Shown here in pieces: positions 45,149-58,088 of a stretch of DNA of 64,000 nucleotides; position 1 is the stretch's first letter, and each line of letters starts with the position of its first letter. Location: contig OZ025730.1 of NCBI GenBank assembly GCA_964019335.1, positions 368,612 through 432,611 of the forward strand. Direction: 5' to 3'. The notes under the pieces are model-generated. The model made no database searches and was not told where the DNA came from. It was given only the letters and a program-made list of their open reading frames with translations. The DNA is from Diplonema japonicum. Taxonomy: Eukaryota; Protista; Euglenozoa: Diplonemea. Made by a program: the position numbers and the translations under genes.

Positions 45149-46645
45149 TTATTGAATCTTGAAGTCACGTGATTTTTTGCCTGATGAGGACCTGCACATC
45201 CAATGGCTCGCTGTAGGCCTTGTGATGTTGGTGACAACATCGCCCTTCCTTGGCGAGCCGACTTGTTCACGCAACCCAGTGACGTACTGGAAAGTCCGTT
45301 CTGATGCTTGCTGAAGTTGCTGCGCTTCTGCTATGGTTGCATTGCGTATGATACTTGTCATTTCAGCTTTTTTGCGGATATCTTCTTGCTGCTCTGCAAG
45401 CTCCTTTTGTCTCTTGAGTGCTTGGTGGTTCCGAAGATCTCTTTGCTGTTCTGCTCTGTAGTTTTCGCGCTTCACCCGCTGAGCCTCTTCCTCCGCAGCG
45501 TACTTCTTATTGATCTCAGACTGCTCAGCAGCAGCTTTCTGCTCTGCTTCTCTTTCTTTCATGTCCAACGTGGCCAGCATCTCAGGTGTGAAGACTGATT
45601 CGCCAAAATGCCGCAGCTTTTGAAGTTTCTTCGCACGTTTCTTCTTCTCTGTCAACACTATTTTCTGCACAGTCGTGTGTATGTTGGAGTCACTCTTTGG
45701 GTTGTTGTCTATTGCCAACCCATGTTTCTTTTCAAGCTGCTTCAGCTCTCGATGTTGCTTGTTCACTTCGGCTGCCTCCTGATATATCTTTTTTCTGTTC
45801 AGGGCCACTTGCAACTCGCGGTTTTTTTCAGCATTCAGAGCGACGTCTTGTTGTTTTCTTATTAGTTCGTTCTGTCGCTTTCTCTCCTCACGCACTTCCT
45901 GCTTCTTCTCATCGAGTACCTTCATGTCTCTCTGCATTTGTCGGGCAACATTGGTTTTGTACGCCACGATGCGCCCTTTTTCGTCGGTGTCGTGTTGCTG
46001 CTGCGACGCAAGCATCCTGTTCTGCATGGAAACAAATGTATCATCCATCGCCCTTTCCTCGGCAGTGCGCTGTTTCGTGAGCTCCATTTGCATCTCAAGT
46101 GCTTTTTTTTGCTGTTTTGCAATCTCTGCTGCCTTTGTCCTGTTGTTCTGCATCTCCTCTTTATATCTGGAGACATCGTTGTGCATCTTAACGGCCCACT
46201 CAGATTGTTCCCTTTTTTTTAGTTGCTCTCTTCGCGGGTTTACAGCAGGGCGCGGCCACAGGTCAGATAGAGATATCACGTTCCGTTGTGTTTTGTAGTC
46301 GCCATTAGCATTGTGTTGACCATCTGGAGGGGTTGGTATATAATCGCAGTGATTGACTGGGCGCTTCTCTTTACCTGGTTCTACTGGCAGGGTTTTAAGG
46401 CGTCTTGCTTGCAGCTCTTGGTTTTCAGCTAACCTTGCTTTTAAGATATGACGCACCTGCTTCATAGTTACCGGATTGTTCTGTTTCATCAACTTGTCCA
46501 AGGTGTCCTTCACCTTCTCCTTCATATCACGAGACACTGCAGACCCTGTTCTGATCTTGTAGTCTCTAGAAACCTTGTCGACAATTCGTTGTTTGATACA
46601 TTCCTCTCTTTTTTTCGTTCTCTCGAGCGTGTTCGCGAATTCCAT
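45149..46645 (-). CDS. Coiled-coil protein (possibly ciliary)
   Basis: ~500-aa ORF rich in K/E/Q/R. Confidence 0.65.
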   Translation of the reverse strand: MEFANTLERTKKREECIKQRIVDKVSRDYKIRTGSAVSRDMKEKVKDTLDKLMKQNNPVTMKQVRHILKARLAENQELQARRLKTLPVEPGKEKRPVNHCDYIPTPPDGQHNANGDYKTQRNVISLSDLWPRPAVNPRREQLKKREQSEWAVKMHNDVSRYKEEMQNNRTKAAEIAKQQKKALEMQMELTKQRTAEERAMDDTFVSMQNRMLASQQQHDTDEKGRIVAYKTNVARQMQRDMKVLDEKKQEVREERKRQNELIRKQQDVALNAEKNRELQVALNRKKIYQEAAEVNKQHRELKQLEKKHGLAIDNNPKSDSNIHTTVQKIVLTEKKKRAKKLQKLRHFGESVFTPEMLATLDMKEREAEQKAAAEQSEINKKYAAEEEAQRVKRENYRAEQQRDLRNHQALKRQKELAEQQEDIRKKAEMTSIIRNATIAEAQQLQQASERTFQYVTGLREQVGSPRKGDVVTNITRPTASHWMCRSSSGKKSRDFKIQ

Positions 46646-47114
46646 TTGCCTCCCCCCCCCCCCCCCCCCCCCTTCTTTTTTCTTTGACACTTGATCGAAG
46701 CCTAATCATTTTCACTTGTTGGGACACGAAAGCAAAAAAGTGCATTCAAGTAACCAAAGAAACCTGGTCTGACCCCTCCTAATGCCCAGGTTCAGTGCAG
46801 TTGTATTGAACGCATAAACCGGACTCAACGCAATATAGGGAGGGGGGTCCGAGAGGGGTCCCCTCCCTATAGTGGGGCATGACCTATGAAAGAGTCCATC
46901 AGGGTTGGACCTAAGTAGGCAATCATTTTATGACCGACATATAGCAGGGAAATAAAAAGGTGATACTAAGGCATAACCAGGATAGGGTCTCAATGAGACA
47001 ATGCTAATATTGTTGGCACCACCACATATCTAAGGCATCAATGGTGTGCTTATTCAGAATTTTGCAGAAAAACCAAAAAGAAAAGGGCCTCTTGCAGCCG
47101 AAAAAAAAACAACA

Positions 47115-47189
47115 GCGACCGTGGTCTAGTGGCATGACAGAACCCAGATATTCAAGGTTCCTGCCCGGGTTCGATTCCCGGCGGTCGCA
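47115..47189 (+). tRNA. tRNA-Gly-type gene with aberrant 11-nt anticodon loop (pseudo-tRNA or tRNA-like element)
   Basis: Perfect GCGACCG/CGGTCGC acceptor, A and B boxes, GAACC/GGTTC anticodon stem and T-run terminator, but the loop reads CAGATATTCAA. Confidence 0.75.
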
Positions 47190-47417
47190 TCTTTTTTTAA
47201 ACTCAAAATGAGACCTTAACACAACAATTTTGAAAAGTTAATTACTTTCAAGGAAAATGTCCGGAAGCAAACTCGGAAGTTTTTCCTTGCGGATATTTTC
47301 CTTCTTGGTTTTCCTCGTTTTAGTATTCAAGAATGGCAGAAAAAAATCTAGAGGGGGGTTTATTAAAGGGACCCAAATGGTTTTTTTCTCTCTTTTTTTT
47401 TTCCTCGTTTTCTTTTT

Positions 47418-49767
47418 TTACCCCTTCAGGAGCTGAACTTCCTTTTTCAATGAGTCATTCTCTCGGCGTGTTTCGTCCAATTCTTTTTTGAAGCTGTTTT
47501 TTTGCACGTTAATCTCGCCCATTTGCACTTTGAGCACTTTTATCCTGCTCGAATTTTGCCTCTTCAGTTCTTCGACCTGTGTTTTGATAATCTTAACTTA
47601 AACATCATACCTCCTGACTGCCCCCCTCAATTGGTTTGATTGTCTGTTTTTCTGCTTGAAGAGTCTTGCACAAAATGGCAACTTTCTCCAGTTGCTTGAG
47701 CCTATTGTGGTACTGTGCAGTGACAGTGTCGCAGGCAACTGTGACCTCCTGCACAGTTGCTATCGTTGTCTCGAGTGCAAGGTTGCCAGCACTTTCTTCT
47801 GTTGGTTTCTGGCATGCGTTTCTAAGGAGCTCGTTCTGGGCCTGCACAGTATCTCGTTCAGCTTCAGCATCAGCAACTCTGTCCTTTAAATCTTCTAGAT
47901 GCAAAGTGCTGTTCCGCAAAGCATCATTTTCATTTTGCATATTTCGAACCTGTGCTTCAAGAGTTGTTTTCTCTGCCTCCACGTCTGCCAGCTTGTTTCT
48001 TAGAGTTTGTATGTCCCCAACTTGCTCTTCTAATTGCGCGATCTTCATAGATATTTTGTCTTCATCAGATTTTGTAACGAGAACCGATTCTTGCCTGCTC
48101 TCCGCTTTATTCAATTTATCCTTTAAGTTCTCTGCCTCTAGCGTTGCTCTCTTAACTTGCGCTTCCAACTGGAATATTGTCTCAGTAGCCTCATTCTCCT
48201 TATCGGATTTAGCTGAGAGCAACCCATTATTCTGTACTTCCAGTGCTTCTATTGTCGTTTCCGCTTCGACAAGCTTATCCATCAGGTTTTTATGTTCTCG
48301 CTCAGCTTTTTGAATGTCAGCTTCGAACTGCACCGCTCTCGCTGCTTCTCTGGTTTGCTCCTCGCCAGACTTTAAATAAAGATAGCTCTTTTCATCTTTC
48401 TCGTTCGCAAGTTCGTCTTGAAGATCTTGGACTTGTGCCTCTAGTTGGGTTATCTTTGCAGATTCTTTGGTTTCTTCGTTCGACTTTGCTAAAAGAACGT
48501 CGGTAGCATTCCTGTCCTTCTCTATGTTGTCTAGCTTGCCTTGAAGCCTCTGGATATGTGCTTCTAGCTCTGTTGTTTTCGCAACTTCCTCGAGCTGTTC
48601 GTTGGATTTTGTCAGAAGTATGCTGTTCTGAGCCTCAAGAGCCTTTTTCCCGTTCTCTACTTCATCGAGCCTTTCCTGTAAGAGCTGCATCTGGGTCTCG
48701 AATTGTGCCACTTTTTCCAGCTCTTGGTCACTGTCAGCCAATTTGTTCTTTAAAGCACTAAGTTCCGTTTCGAGCGCTTTCTTTTCGTTCCACATGGTCT
48801 GGGCTTGTTTTTCCAGGTGGGCCACTGTCTGTGCACTGTCTTTAACAGACAAGAGCGTGCTGTTTTGTAGCTTGAGCGCCTCGTTCTCGGCTTCTACTTC
48901 AGCAAGGGTCTCACGTAAGTCTTCCACAAGACGCGGGGCTGTGTCAATGGATTGGTTCACACGTGTCGTGAGTTCGGCTGCAGTGTTCTCCGCCTTATGA
49001 AGCTTTTTAAGGGTTTTGTGCGAGTCTTTAAGAGCATCTTCTACAAGCTTGACTATCGTAGGAAAGTCGGAGTCCAAAGGTGCCTTGATAAGCGCCCCAA
49101 AAGCCCAGATCTGGTTTTCCAACGTTGCAGCATCCGAAGAAGGTGGTTGCTGCTGCTTTTCCAACCTGCGCAGTAGTTCTGAGTTCTCTTTATGCTGCCG
49201 CTGCATGGCGGTGATAGCATCTTCAAGAGACTTCCTGAGCTTGAATATCTGGGTCTCAGACTCTGCAAGCTTATGATCTAAACTGCTGATGACTGAATCC
49301 TTAATCTCGATAGTATGCTTCAGGAGGGTTGCGTCTCCGCTCGACTCTTTTGCGGATTCATGTGCCTTTTTCAATTCCTTGTAGTTCTGTCCCGTTACTG
49401 CCAGCTCTGTTTCTGCTATGTGCAGATTTTTCCTAAGATTGTGTAGTTCTTCCTCAACTTTCCGCAAACTGTCAAAATGTTGGTCTTCCAGTTTGCAATA
49501 TTCCGCCTGCCAACTCTTCTTCATGCTCTCTATGCGTTCTGCGGCAGCAGCTTCAAACTTGGCTCGCATTTGCTCTAGCTTCTTTGCATAATTGCTCTCC
49601 TGTGCTTCCACTTTCACATTCTCGCTCTGGTTTACATGAGGGGTTGACTTCTCCTTCCGCGCTCTCCTCTGCGTACTGTGTACATCCAACGCCAGTCTGG
49701 TCAGATCTGAGGATATCTCTTTATCCTTTGCATGGATGCCCCTAACCTGGGCCTCCAGGTACGACAT
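47418..49767 (-). CDS. Long coiled-coil protein; spliced 49767-47611, 47576-47418
   Basis: Heptad-rich 720-aa ORF; a 34-nt GT-AG intron continues in frame into VEELKRQN...LLKG*. Confidence 0.75.
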
Positions 49768-49961
49768 TTGTGCCCCTAACCTGTTTGCTTTTACAATATG
49801 AGAGAAAGAATATGAGAGAAAAATTTACCAACCTAAAACATACAAAAGAGAATGTAAGTAAAAATACACACATAAAAACATACAAATGAGAATGTAAGTA
49901 AACAGCCTACCAAAAGGGTATTCTCTACTGGATCAGGATCTGTGTTGTGTTGACTTGATTG

Positions 49962-51239
49962 TCAATCATACCCAAATGCCTGGGGCCTATCTTGTCTCAT
50001 GCTGCTTTGGTATTCTTCTTGCAATCGTGTAGGCCCGTCTCCGTATCGATAAACAGCAACACCGCTTCTTCCGCCTGCTGGTGTAACCATCTCTGTTGGG
50101 TTTGTGTGAACCTGTCCGGGTCCTCGACGCCTAGGGCCGGTTTGATTTTGAGTCCCGGGGTGACTCAGAGCTGTGCCGCCTTCACCGGTGAGACCTCCCC
50201 AAGAAGGTTGATTTTGACTATCAATGTTCCCAGTGCCAGGGCTGCCCTGTTGCCTCTTAGCTACTCGTGCAAAAGGAAGCGGCGACGATTCATAAACTCC
50301 TCCCGGAAGGGGTTCGTAAGGGCTCCTCCCACCACCGCCACCTCCACCTCCACCGCCACTACCACCTAGACCACCACCTCTTCTTTCATGCCCGCTATAC
50401 ATCCTGTCGTTTCTGCCGCCGTAGTCTTCATTACCGCTCCTTCCACTTCCACTCCATTCTGTGTGCCCAGGAGAACCTGGTTGTCTGTTCAAGTAGGAAT
50501 GTGGGTATGTCTTGTTCAGTGTATGAGAATGCGTTGGTAGATTCTCGTGTTCTTGAGGCGGTGCAACCTCTCCCATTTGTGGCTGCCTCATTCCCTTAAA
50601 AACGCCTGCCCTCGCTGCCTGTTCTTGGTAAGGCTCCAAATCATTTCGATACTCGTAGGAACGGATGGGGTCATGGAATTTCCCGTTGGGAGTAAGGGGG
50701 GCTGGGACAGGGAGTTGGTAGGGATTCAGGGCATTTGTTGTCATGAGTGCAGACTGTTGCTGCTGCTGTTGCTGTTGCTGGTGTTGATGTTGGTGTTGAT
50801 AGTGGTGTATGTGTTGTTGTTGCTGCTGGAGTTGTGGGTGCTGTGCCACCGATGGGGCATTTCTTTGAGAAGGCATTATACCATGATTGCAATTGGGGCA
50901 ACGGCCGAACTCTTGCTTTGTGTGCTGGGGTGCATACTGCTGCCTCAACTGTTGTTGATATGGCACACGCTGGGGCTGGGGGGCGTGTGTTGACACATGC
51001 TGGGGCTGGAGGGCGTGGGTTGACACATGCTGTCGTTGAATAACTTGGTTAGGCATTGTGCTCTTCTGTGATTGAGCTGCGTTCCACATTTGCATCGGTA
51101 CTTGTTGAGAGCCTCCACCACTGCTGTAAGTCACCACACCACGTGCTCCTGTCACTCTTAACTGACTCAGCGGTACACTTGCATCTTGCAGCATCTGCTG
51201 TTCAGGATGGATGCCCAGATCATATCCTTCCTGCTGCAT
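49962..51239 (-). CDS. Gln/Gly/Pro-rich low-complexity protein (exon structure unresolved)
   Basis: 425-aa ORF with polyQ and polyG tracts. Confidence 0.55.
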   Translation of the reverse strand: MQQEGYDLGIHPEQQMLQDASVPLSQLRVTGARGVVTYSSGGGSQQVPMQMWNAAQSQKSTMPNQVIQRQHVSTHALQPQHVSTHAPQPQRVPYQQQLRQQYAPQHTKQEFGRCPNCNHGIMPSQRNAPSVAQHPQLQQQQQHIHHYQHQHQHQQQQQQQQQSALMTTNALNPYQLPVPAPLTPNGKFHDPIRSYEYRNDLEPYQEQAARAGVFKGMRQPQMGEVAPPQEHENLPTHSHTLNKTYPHSYLNRQPGSPGHTEWSGSGRSGNEDYGGRNDRMYSGHERRGGGLGGSGGGGGGGGGGRSPYEPLPGGVYESSPLPFARVAKRQQGSPGTGNIDSQNQPSWGGLTGEGGTALSHPGTQNQTGPRRRGPGQVHTNPTEMVTPAGGRSGVAVYRYGDGPTRLQEEYQSSMRQDRPQAFGYD

Positions 51240-53413
51240 TTTCTTTTTTTAGTTCTACCCACCTAGAGAAAATTTATTGCTGACATAAGGAACAAAATAA
51301 ACAGAATTGTAGCTCACTTTAACCTGATCCACACAACGACCTATCTCCAGGGGGTCTAATCAATTCACAGAGTCATTGCCCTTAGGTACAAGAACGTTGA
51401 AAATGTAGTGGGAAAAAAGCCGCATGTAAATAGAGGGTTAAACTTCCAGGGGGTGGGTTCCATTCCCTTCCTCCAAACTGGAAATCAGAATTTGGCGGAA
51501 CAGCGGAACCAGAACGAGGCAGGACAAGGAATTGCTTAGTATGCGCTCTTTTCCTTTTCAATCGATTGTTATAAATGTATTTATAAAATATAGCATGCAT
51601 TCGATGGCACTGATCAAGCGACTGGCATCTTCCGAAGAAGGGCCTCCCCACCAGGTTGAGCAGAGGATGCCCTGGAGCGGCCGTTCCAGTCTGATCATGT
51701 CACACTATAGTATATTTCCCAGCCATGGCACCCCTGTAATCTTCTCCCACTCAGGCACTACCGGTGATGACCGACATGGAGGTCAACAGTGAAAAACACA
51801 TCTGATGTACTTCTTTATATTTCCATATTTCTGTGTAATCCCCACCACCCAATAACATGAAAGAGGTAAAGGGGGGGTGCACCTCAGCCGCTTTTGCTTT
51901 CCACATTGTGTCCTTAATGCATGCGGTGTGCAGCTCAATCCCAGCTGGTGCTGTTTACTGCCTGTTTGTTCCTGAGCATCTGCAATTCTTCCACTGGTGA
52001 TGACTGACCAAGTGGGTGGAATAAGGAAAATAAATGATTTAAAGGAGGCTGGTGTTGGCGCCCTACACAAGACTGTCGACTTGATTACAGCAGTGATGGG
52101 TGAATCCTAATTAGGACTAGACCAGACTGGACCAGACCGGACCGGATCCAGTGTGAATTTCGACCCAATTATGCCAGACTGACCAGACTGGACTGAACCG
52201 GACCGGACTGAACCAGACCGGACAAGATACAACCACAACACTACATCCCCCCCTTTTTTTTTTGCTGCAGAGTTCAAATGTATAAACAGATGTCTACAAG
52301 AAAAGATGGTGAAATTTATTGTAAAAACCCACCCATAGGTTAGACACTTCCTTACTTTTTTTGCTTGGGCCTTGGAGTGCTAGGGGGGGTTTTGCTTTTG
52401 GGACTTGGCTCAGATGACGACCTGGGGAGAGGGGTATGTGTTTGGAGATGCTGGTACCTTAGGCGTTTCTTTGGTGTGGCCAGGCCTCCAGATAGTGATG
52501 GGTGAATCCGGTCCGGTCCGGTGTACCCAATTTACCGGACTGACCGGACTGACCGGATCGGCCAGACTGACCGGATCGGCTGGACTGACCAGACTCGAAA
52601 ATTTTCTGCAATTTTTGACACACCTGCAAACACTTTTTTTTCAAATATTTTTGGACAATGATTTTTTTTTTCCTTTTTTTTTTTTTTTTTTTTTTTTTTC
52701 TTCTTCTTCTTCTTTGTACCACAGACATGCACAGCTCCATCAAGCCATTTGCACCTATCTACTCCAGTATGTCCGGAAATGTTGTATTTGGATGTAACCC
52801 GGCTGTGGTGATCGACGTGGAACGTGACATGACAACCCGGCCGTGGTGAGAGATATATGAGTTAAAGGACCTGCACAAGACTACTTGATTACAGGGGGTA
52901 CACCACAGCCGAGTTGTAGCTTCTTCTGCGTTCCGTGTCGTGTCCTTAATGTGTGTGGTTCAGCTCAACCCCAGCCGGGGCGTCCCGGGTAACCAAGATT
53001 CTGCTCATGCAGGGGTGGGTCGTTTTGTTCCCTTCTGCCAAACTGAAAAGTCGGAACTTGGTGGAACAGCGGAACTGGAACTTGGCAGACAGGGAATTCC
53101 TAACCTATTTTTTTTTTTTTCTTTTTCCCCCCCCCCCTTTTTTTTTCCTCTTTGCATCATCAAGGTCGAAAGTGGTGACTATATCACCACAACACTGACA
53201 GCACAATATTCCGTGTCGTGTCCTTAATGTGTGCAGTGTGCAGCTCAACACCAGAGCATCTGCAATACGTTCCTCCACTCGGGTGCTACCAGTGACTGGG
53301 GTGGGTCGTTCCGTTCCCTTCCGCCAAACTGAAAAGTCGGAACTTGGCGGAACGGCGGAACCAGCGGAACCGGAACTTGGCGGAACATGGCGGAACAGGG
53401 AATTCCTTGCCTA

Positions 53414-53444
<31 letters not shown>

Positions 53445-54657
53445 TTTTTTCATTTTTTTTTTCCCCCCCCTCTTTGCATGGGAACTGGCGGAACGTGGTG
53501 GAACATGGTGGAACTGGCGGAACATGGTGGAACTGGTGGAACTTGGCGGAACTTGGCGGAACTTGGCGGAACTTGGCAGAACAGGGAATTCCTTACCTAT
53601 TTTTTTTTTTTTTCTTTCCCCCCTTTTTTTCCTCTTTGCATCATCAAGGTTGAAAGTGGTGACTATATCACCACAACACTGACAGCACAATATTCCGTGT
53701 CGTGTCCTTAATGTGTGCAGTGTGCAGCTCAACACCAGCCATGGCACCCCTGGTAACCAAGATTCTGGGCCTGTGTAATTTGCTGCCAGTTCATCACCCT
53801 GAGCGTCTGCAATACGTTCCTCCACTCAGGCGCTACCGGTGATGACTGACATGGAGGTCAACAGCGAACAACACTTCAGATGCCCTTCTTATATTTCCAT
53901 ATTTCTGTAATCCCCACCACCCAATAACATGAAAGAGGTAAAGGAGGGGGAGACCAATGACAGGGGGTGCACCTCAGCCGCTTCTGCATTCCGTGTCATG
54001 TCCTTAATGCATGCGGTGTGCAGCTCAACCCCAGCTGGTGCCCTAAGTAGTTTACTCACCCTGAGCATCTGCAATTTGTTCTTCCACTCAGGGCTACAGG
54101 TGATGACCGGCCAAATGGATGGAGGAAAATGCCTGTTCATTGTGTTGGTGGTGCCTGCACAAGAACTGTTAACTTGATACAGGGGGGGCACTGCAGCCGA
54201 GTTGTAGCTTCTTCTGTGTTCTGCGTTGTGTCCTTAATGTGTGCAGTGTGCAGCTTAACCCCAGCCAGAGCAACCCAGGGCAACCAACATTCTGTGCTCA
54301 TGCAGTTTGCTGCCAATTCATCACCCTGAGGATCTGCATTATGTTCTCCCACTTGGGCACTACCAGTGATGACTGACAAGGAGGTCAACAGCAAACAACA
54401 CATCTGATGTACTTCTTATTTCCATGTTATCCCCCCACCTGAAAATAACATATAGGAAATAAAAGGTTTTTTTCATTATTATTATTGTGCACCAGGAGGT
54501 GCACATTGTGACGCCTGCTTTTCCCTGTGCAGCATAGTGGTACATGTTATAAAACACGTGCCATGTTGTGCACTGTGTTGTGCACCCTGTGTTGCATACA
54601 TTGTGTGCAATGTCAGGTATGCCATACATGGTGTAAAATAAGTCACAACACACCACC

Positions 54658-57600
54658 TCGAAAATTCACAGTGTTGGGGTGGTTTGTGGGGTGGACCAGC
54701 CAGACCCCTCAGACCAGACTGCCCACCTGATTACAGGAGGGTGCCTTGGCTGAGTTGTTGTGTGGTGTTATTGTCTTCTTCTTCTGCGTTTTGCATTGTG
54801 TCCTTAATGCATGTGGTGTGCCAGCTTTGTTGGCAAGGGTAATATGGGATGTGGCATTTTAAGGGGAAGTAAATCACTTATTCCCACTTTTAAGGGCTGG
54901 AATGACCTCAGATGGCTAAAAACAGTCAAAATACCCCATCTCTAAAAAAAAAATTGAAGGGGTTGGGTACATTTTTTCGACAATGAGACCCATTTTTTCA
55001 CTTCAACTCCAAAAATCTCATTAATAACTAGTTAAATTGGCAAGCAGTATGACAGGGATTGACTTCTTTTAAGGGTGATTTTACCCCCCCTTTTTTTTCT
55101 AGGTTTTAGGTTCTATGTCAATTTCACCCATAGAATGTTGCAAAAAAAATCTTCTGGATTTTTTACACTGCAGAATTGGGTTAAAAAGGTTAAATCTACC
55201 TATTTTTCATAGTTTTTGGCCAATTTATTAAGGGGAATTTTTGGGTAAAAAAACAGTAAAATCAGTGTTGGTAAGGGCTCTACCAGAGGGGAAAAATTTT
55301 TTTTTTCCAAAAAAATAAAAAAATCTCTATTTTGAGGGTGCCTAAGTGCCATGTGGCCTCAGAAAAGAAAAAATTTTTTCACCCCCCCAAGGAAAATTTC
55401 CCTTTGGAAAAATCCCAAAAAATGGCAAAGTCAGCCTTGGTAAGGGCACTGCTAGGGAAAAAAAAATTTTTTTTTATAAAAAAATAAAAAAAAAGTCCAT
55501 TTTGAGGGTGCCTGAGTGCCAGGTGACCCCAGAAAAAAAAAATTTTTTTTCAGCCCCCAACAGTGTTGGTCAGTCCTGTCCTGTCCCCTAAAACGGAATA
55601 CAGGCCTGGATGGGACTCATGGGACTCTCCCCAACACTGTCATTATTTTTGATAGTTTTGCAAATCCTTGATTTTTTTTTTTGACATACATGATGTGTTT
55701 ACCCAGGGTTGGTCAGACCAGACCCAGTCTGGTAAAACCGAAAATACAGGTCTGAGGGGTCTACTGACCAGTCTGGCCCCAACTTTTTTTTTCCTTTGTC
55801 AAAAAGTTTAACGTTGGGCTGCAACCTATTGCTAGGTACTTGTCAATCTGCATCCCCAGCTGCTGCTGATCTGCCATCATTTTTCGCAATTCAGCGAATG
55901 GGATGAGGTGATCCAGCAGTGTTTCACAGTGTGACCAAGTCTGAAAGTTCTCCAGTTGATACTTTGGGATTCAGAAAAGTATACAACCTGATACCAAGAA
56001 ACAACATGTTTTGTTTAGCCCTTGCTTTGTAAACCTTGATGACTTCAGAGACTGTCATTGAGGTCGAGTTCCACTTTGAAGTCTTGATGTATCTTTTGTA
56101 AGGTCTATCATCTTGCAAAAGTAGCTGTTCTTCCCATCTGACATACTAATGCCAAGGATGCTTTGACGGTTTATTGTGGCCCCATCAACAAGGAGGTACA
56201 CATTCTGCCCTTGGAGCCTGTTTAGGACAGCAGTGTATATCTCCTGTCCAAGTTCAACAACACAGCTTTGCATGTGTTTCCTGCTGATTCCTTTCAATTT
56301 GCCTACATTGAAAAAAGCTGTGAAAGAACTTTCGATCACACAAAACGAACGGCAGGCAATACAGGCAAAGGAAAATGGACACATGATCCACCATACTCAG
56401 GGCTTGCATCTCTTGGACAACACATCTCTTTGCTGTGAGATTTGAGCCTTGAGAATGAGGCGAACCCTGTGACAGCAACAGCTTTACAGCTTACATTTCA
56501 CTGGACTGCACTTTTCTTTCACCGGCTTGGGGATCTTTGCAGCTGTCTTCTTCTTCAGCTTTTCTGCCAATTTTGCTTTTGCACCAGGGCTGTGTCTGCA
56601 CTCCTGCTGGGTTGATACTATGTGCATCACCAACAGACCATGTCTTGTTGTCCCAGATGGATGTCTTGGGTGTTGTAGAACATTCCTTGGCAGGTGCTTC
56701 CAACATGACTAGTGTGTATCCAGACGAGGTGTGTGTTGCCTTAGGTTGTAAGGCTTCAGCCTTCAGAACTTTGATGGTGTCTTGTAGCTCTGTGATTTGT
56801 GCTTTTGCAAGACCAAGTTTTGCCATGGTATCACAAAGCTGGTATGGGTTGTGGTCCTCAAGACAATAAACCCGTTCATCTTCCACATTCAGGGGGAAGT
56901 GGTGCAGGTACCCAGGATCCTGTGCATACTCACACAAAACAGCAACACCTGGCAAGATGCCAACAATCTTCCCATCCCAGACAGAAACCATGTTGTCCTG
57001 TGTTGGTTTCTTGTGTCGCTCCCCTCCAGTGCCCCAGAAGTGGGCTCTGAAGGTTGTGCCTTCTCCTTTCCCCTTCATGAAATGCAACATTTCATCATGG
57101 CTGAGGCCATTCTTGTTGCCAGTCTGGGTAAGGTCTTGTGTTTTCACATATTTCTGTGAGAACACAGTTGATGCCTTTTGTGTTAAGATGCATCCATTGA
57201 TGCTGCCACTGCTGCTTGTACTTGAACTTTCTCTTTTGCACTTCTTTATTTTATTTATTTTTTTTTTTTTTTTCAAATGTTTAAACCTTTCTCTTCATTT
57301 TTGTATTGATTTCCTCCTCTTCTTCCTCCTCCTCTAGTTCAGATTTCAGGGAGGGAAAAAAATTTTTTTGAATCAATCTAAGGGTGTTTTTGGCCACTTT
57401 TTTTGGGAGGAAAAACAATTGGACACTATTTTTTTTTTTTTTTCCAGCACCCCATGCACCCAATAAAGTACAGTAAAAAAAAGGGGGGTAAATACAAAGA
57501 ATGAGAAGGGTAAGTTATAAAGGAGAGAAAACCAACAGATAGACCATTATTAGGCCTGATATAGGTACCCTTATGGAAAAAAATCAATTTCTCTGAGGTA

Positions 57601-58088
57601 AAAAACCACTTTTCAGGTGTTTTTGACCACTTGTTCATGTGAAAAATATTTTTTTTTGGGCACCTTTTTTTTGACCCCCAAACTTCTCACTTTCACCCCA
57701 CTTCACTAAAAGCCTCTGTTAAGGCCTAGGATAGGTACTTTTGAGAAAAAAAAATTTTTTTTTTGGAAAAAAATCAATTTCTGGGTGTCTTTGACAACTT
57801 TTTTTGGGTGGAAAAAAATTTTTTTTGGACACTATAAAAAAAAATTTTTTTTTGCCCACCCCCCCTGCCCCCCTGGATTTGCCCCCCCATGCCCCCCTGA
57901 AAATCTCAGGGGGGCAACCCATTCTCATAACAACACTGGTCACAAAGGCCCAAATTTAGGCTGGGGCTTGCATTTTTTTGGCACTTTTGGTTTCAATGGT
58001 TCAAAAAAAGAGGTCCTAGGTTTGGGTGGGATTGCGGGACTGGTGGTCTGAGGGGTCTGGCACACAAACCACCCCACAAATTTTCGAC
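54658..58088 (-). mobile_element. Degenerate hAT-like DNA transposon region
   Basis: Imperfect inverted repeats at ~54658-54722 and ~58033-58088; CAGTGTTGG/CCAACACTG-type ends; transposase-like fragment VYLLVDGATINRQSILGIS (56055-56384). Confidence 0.45.
56491..57100 (-). pseudogene. Possible retroelement ORF1/gag-like relic
   Basis: VWDGKIV...EY..DPG...HFP and IWDNKTW patterns reminiscent of euglenozoan retroelement ORF1s; strongly CpG-depleted. Confidence 0.3.

Noticed and set aside
49768-49975. Splicing of 49962-51239 to 47418-49767 as one gene
   Set aside because: The donor/acceptor combinations I tried all introduced stop codons; left unresolved.
53340-53590. ggaacttggc tandem units as a CRISPR-like or telomeric array
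   Set aside because: Short degenerate 9-10 bp units without unique spacers, and not TTAGGG repeats.
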